Shown here: in pieces, positions 63,573-64,000 of the stretch
How the letters are laid out: the number at the start of each line of letters is the position of its first letter
Position numbering within the stretch: the first letter of the stretch is position 1
Notes under the pieces: generated by a model
Told to the model about the DNA's origin: nothing
Database searches by the model: none
The model's input: only the letters and a program-made list of their open reading frames with translations
Program-made: the position numbers and the translations under genes
Source of the DNA: Planctomycetia bacterium
GTDB lineage: Bacteria > Planctomycetota > Planctomycetia > Gemmatales > Gemmataceae
DNA: 64,000 nucleotides
Direction: 5' to 3'
NCBI GenBank assembly: GCA_005808665.1
Contig: SYLG01000007.1
Location: forward strand, 54,298 to 118,297

Positions 63573-64000
63573 ATGAGCACGGAGTTTGCATTACCTGCCC
63601 TCAAAGAAAATGTCGAGATGGTAGAGGTAAATGCTTTAAAGGTTGCCGTTGGTGAAATCGTTGTAAAGGACCAACCCTTGATGGAAGTGCAAGCTGATAA
63701 AGCAGCACTTGAGGTTCCATCTCCCGTTTCCGGGATGGTAACCAAAATTTTGGTAAAAGTGGGCGATCAGGTAAAAATTGGCCAGTTATTTATTGCTCTT
63801 GAGGTGCGGGAAGCCTCTGGCTCGGCAGAAAAATCAAAAACCGTACAGGTGGCACCTAAAACCGAGTCTGGAGCACCCATTGGACTTCCTTCCGCTCCAG
63901 TATCCAGGAATGCTCCAATCCGAGCATTGCCCCAAAGTGGAGGGTTGGGCCATTCATTGGTTGCGAGCCCTGGTGTTCGTCGTTTGGCAAGGGAATTGGG
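63573..64000 (+). CDS. aceF: Dihydrolipoamide acetyltransferase E2 component, 5' partial (lipoyl domain)
   Basis: Not in the ORF track because it runs off the window. ATG 63573 has AGGAG 10 nt upstream. Translation: MSTEFALPALKENVEMVEVNALKVAVGEIVVKDQPLMEVQADKAALEVPSPVSGMVTKILVKVGDQV (lipoyl-Lys motif), then an Ala/Pro linker and the start of an E3-binding domain (VASPGVRRLAREL). Confidence 0.85.
   Translation, partial: MSTEFALPALKENVEMVEVNALKVAVGEIVVKDQPLMEVQADKAALEVPSPVSGMVTKILVKVGDQVKIGQLFIALEVREASGSAEKSKTVQVAPKTESGAPIGLPSAPVSRNAPIRALPQSGGLGHSLVASPGVRRLAREL

Noticed and set aside
1-64000. A search by eye for CRISPR repeats, IS elements or transposases, integrases, phage genes, toxin-antitoxin pairs, restriction-modification genes and known defence-system signatures (nucleases, STAND/AAA ATPases, reverse transcriptases, TIR/SIR2).
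   Set aside because: None was recognised. All large ORFs are accounted for by metabolic, envelope or housekeeping functions or by the hypothetical envelope proteins listed. I therefore do not claim a defence island here.

Overview
This is a gene-dense chromosomal window, roughly 90% coding and about 47-50% GC by eye. I call 47 protein-coding genes, the last one truncated by the window edge.

The gene content points to a Planctomycetota-type genome; this is an inference, not a database result. Supporting content:
- a TAT-signal DUF1501 protein
- six trypsin-fold/HtrA-PDZ paralogs
- NPCBM and ThuA domain proteins
- a rhomboid starting MGIYDRDYY
- a fused AroD-AroE
- large TM+TPR proteins

Housekeeping genes recognised from classic motifs are ilvB, lysC, topA, hflX, aceE plus the start of aceF, aroDE-aroK, hisH-hisA, ptsP, arfB, manA and a wzm/wzt-type ABC exporter. 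Also recognised are a Wza-like exporter, an O-antigen-ligase/TPR protein, a prepilin peptidase and an Aas-like acyltransferase-carrier-ligase fusion.

I found no rRNA, tRNA, CRISPR array, transposase, integrase, prophage gene or recognisable defence system.

The best candidate for something undescribed is the co-directional, translationally coupled envelope cluster at 4167-13973. It encodes:
- a coiled-coil K/E/D-rich protein
- a related helical secreted protein
- an NPCBM protein
- three HtrA paralogs
- a lipoprotein

Only the first HtrA paralog keeps the catalytic triad. The second is Ser->Ala. The third has lost His, Asp and Ser and is fused to an alpha/beta-hydrolase-like domain whose nucleophile is also Ala. 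A second pair, one active and one degenerate HtrA, sits at 39781-42231.

All family calls rest on motif recognition by eye. No searches or computations were run, and start codons are often ambiguous (TTG/GTG starts and 4-nt overlaps are frequent).
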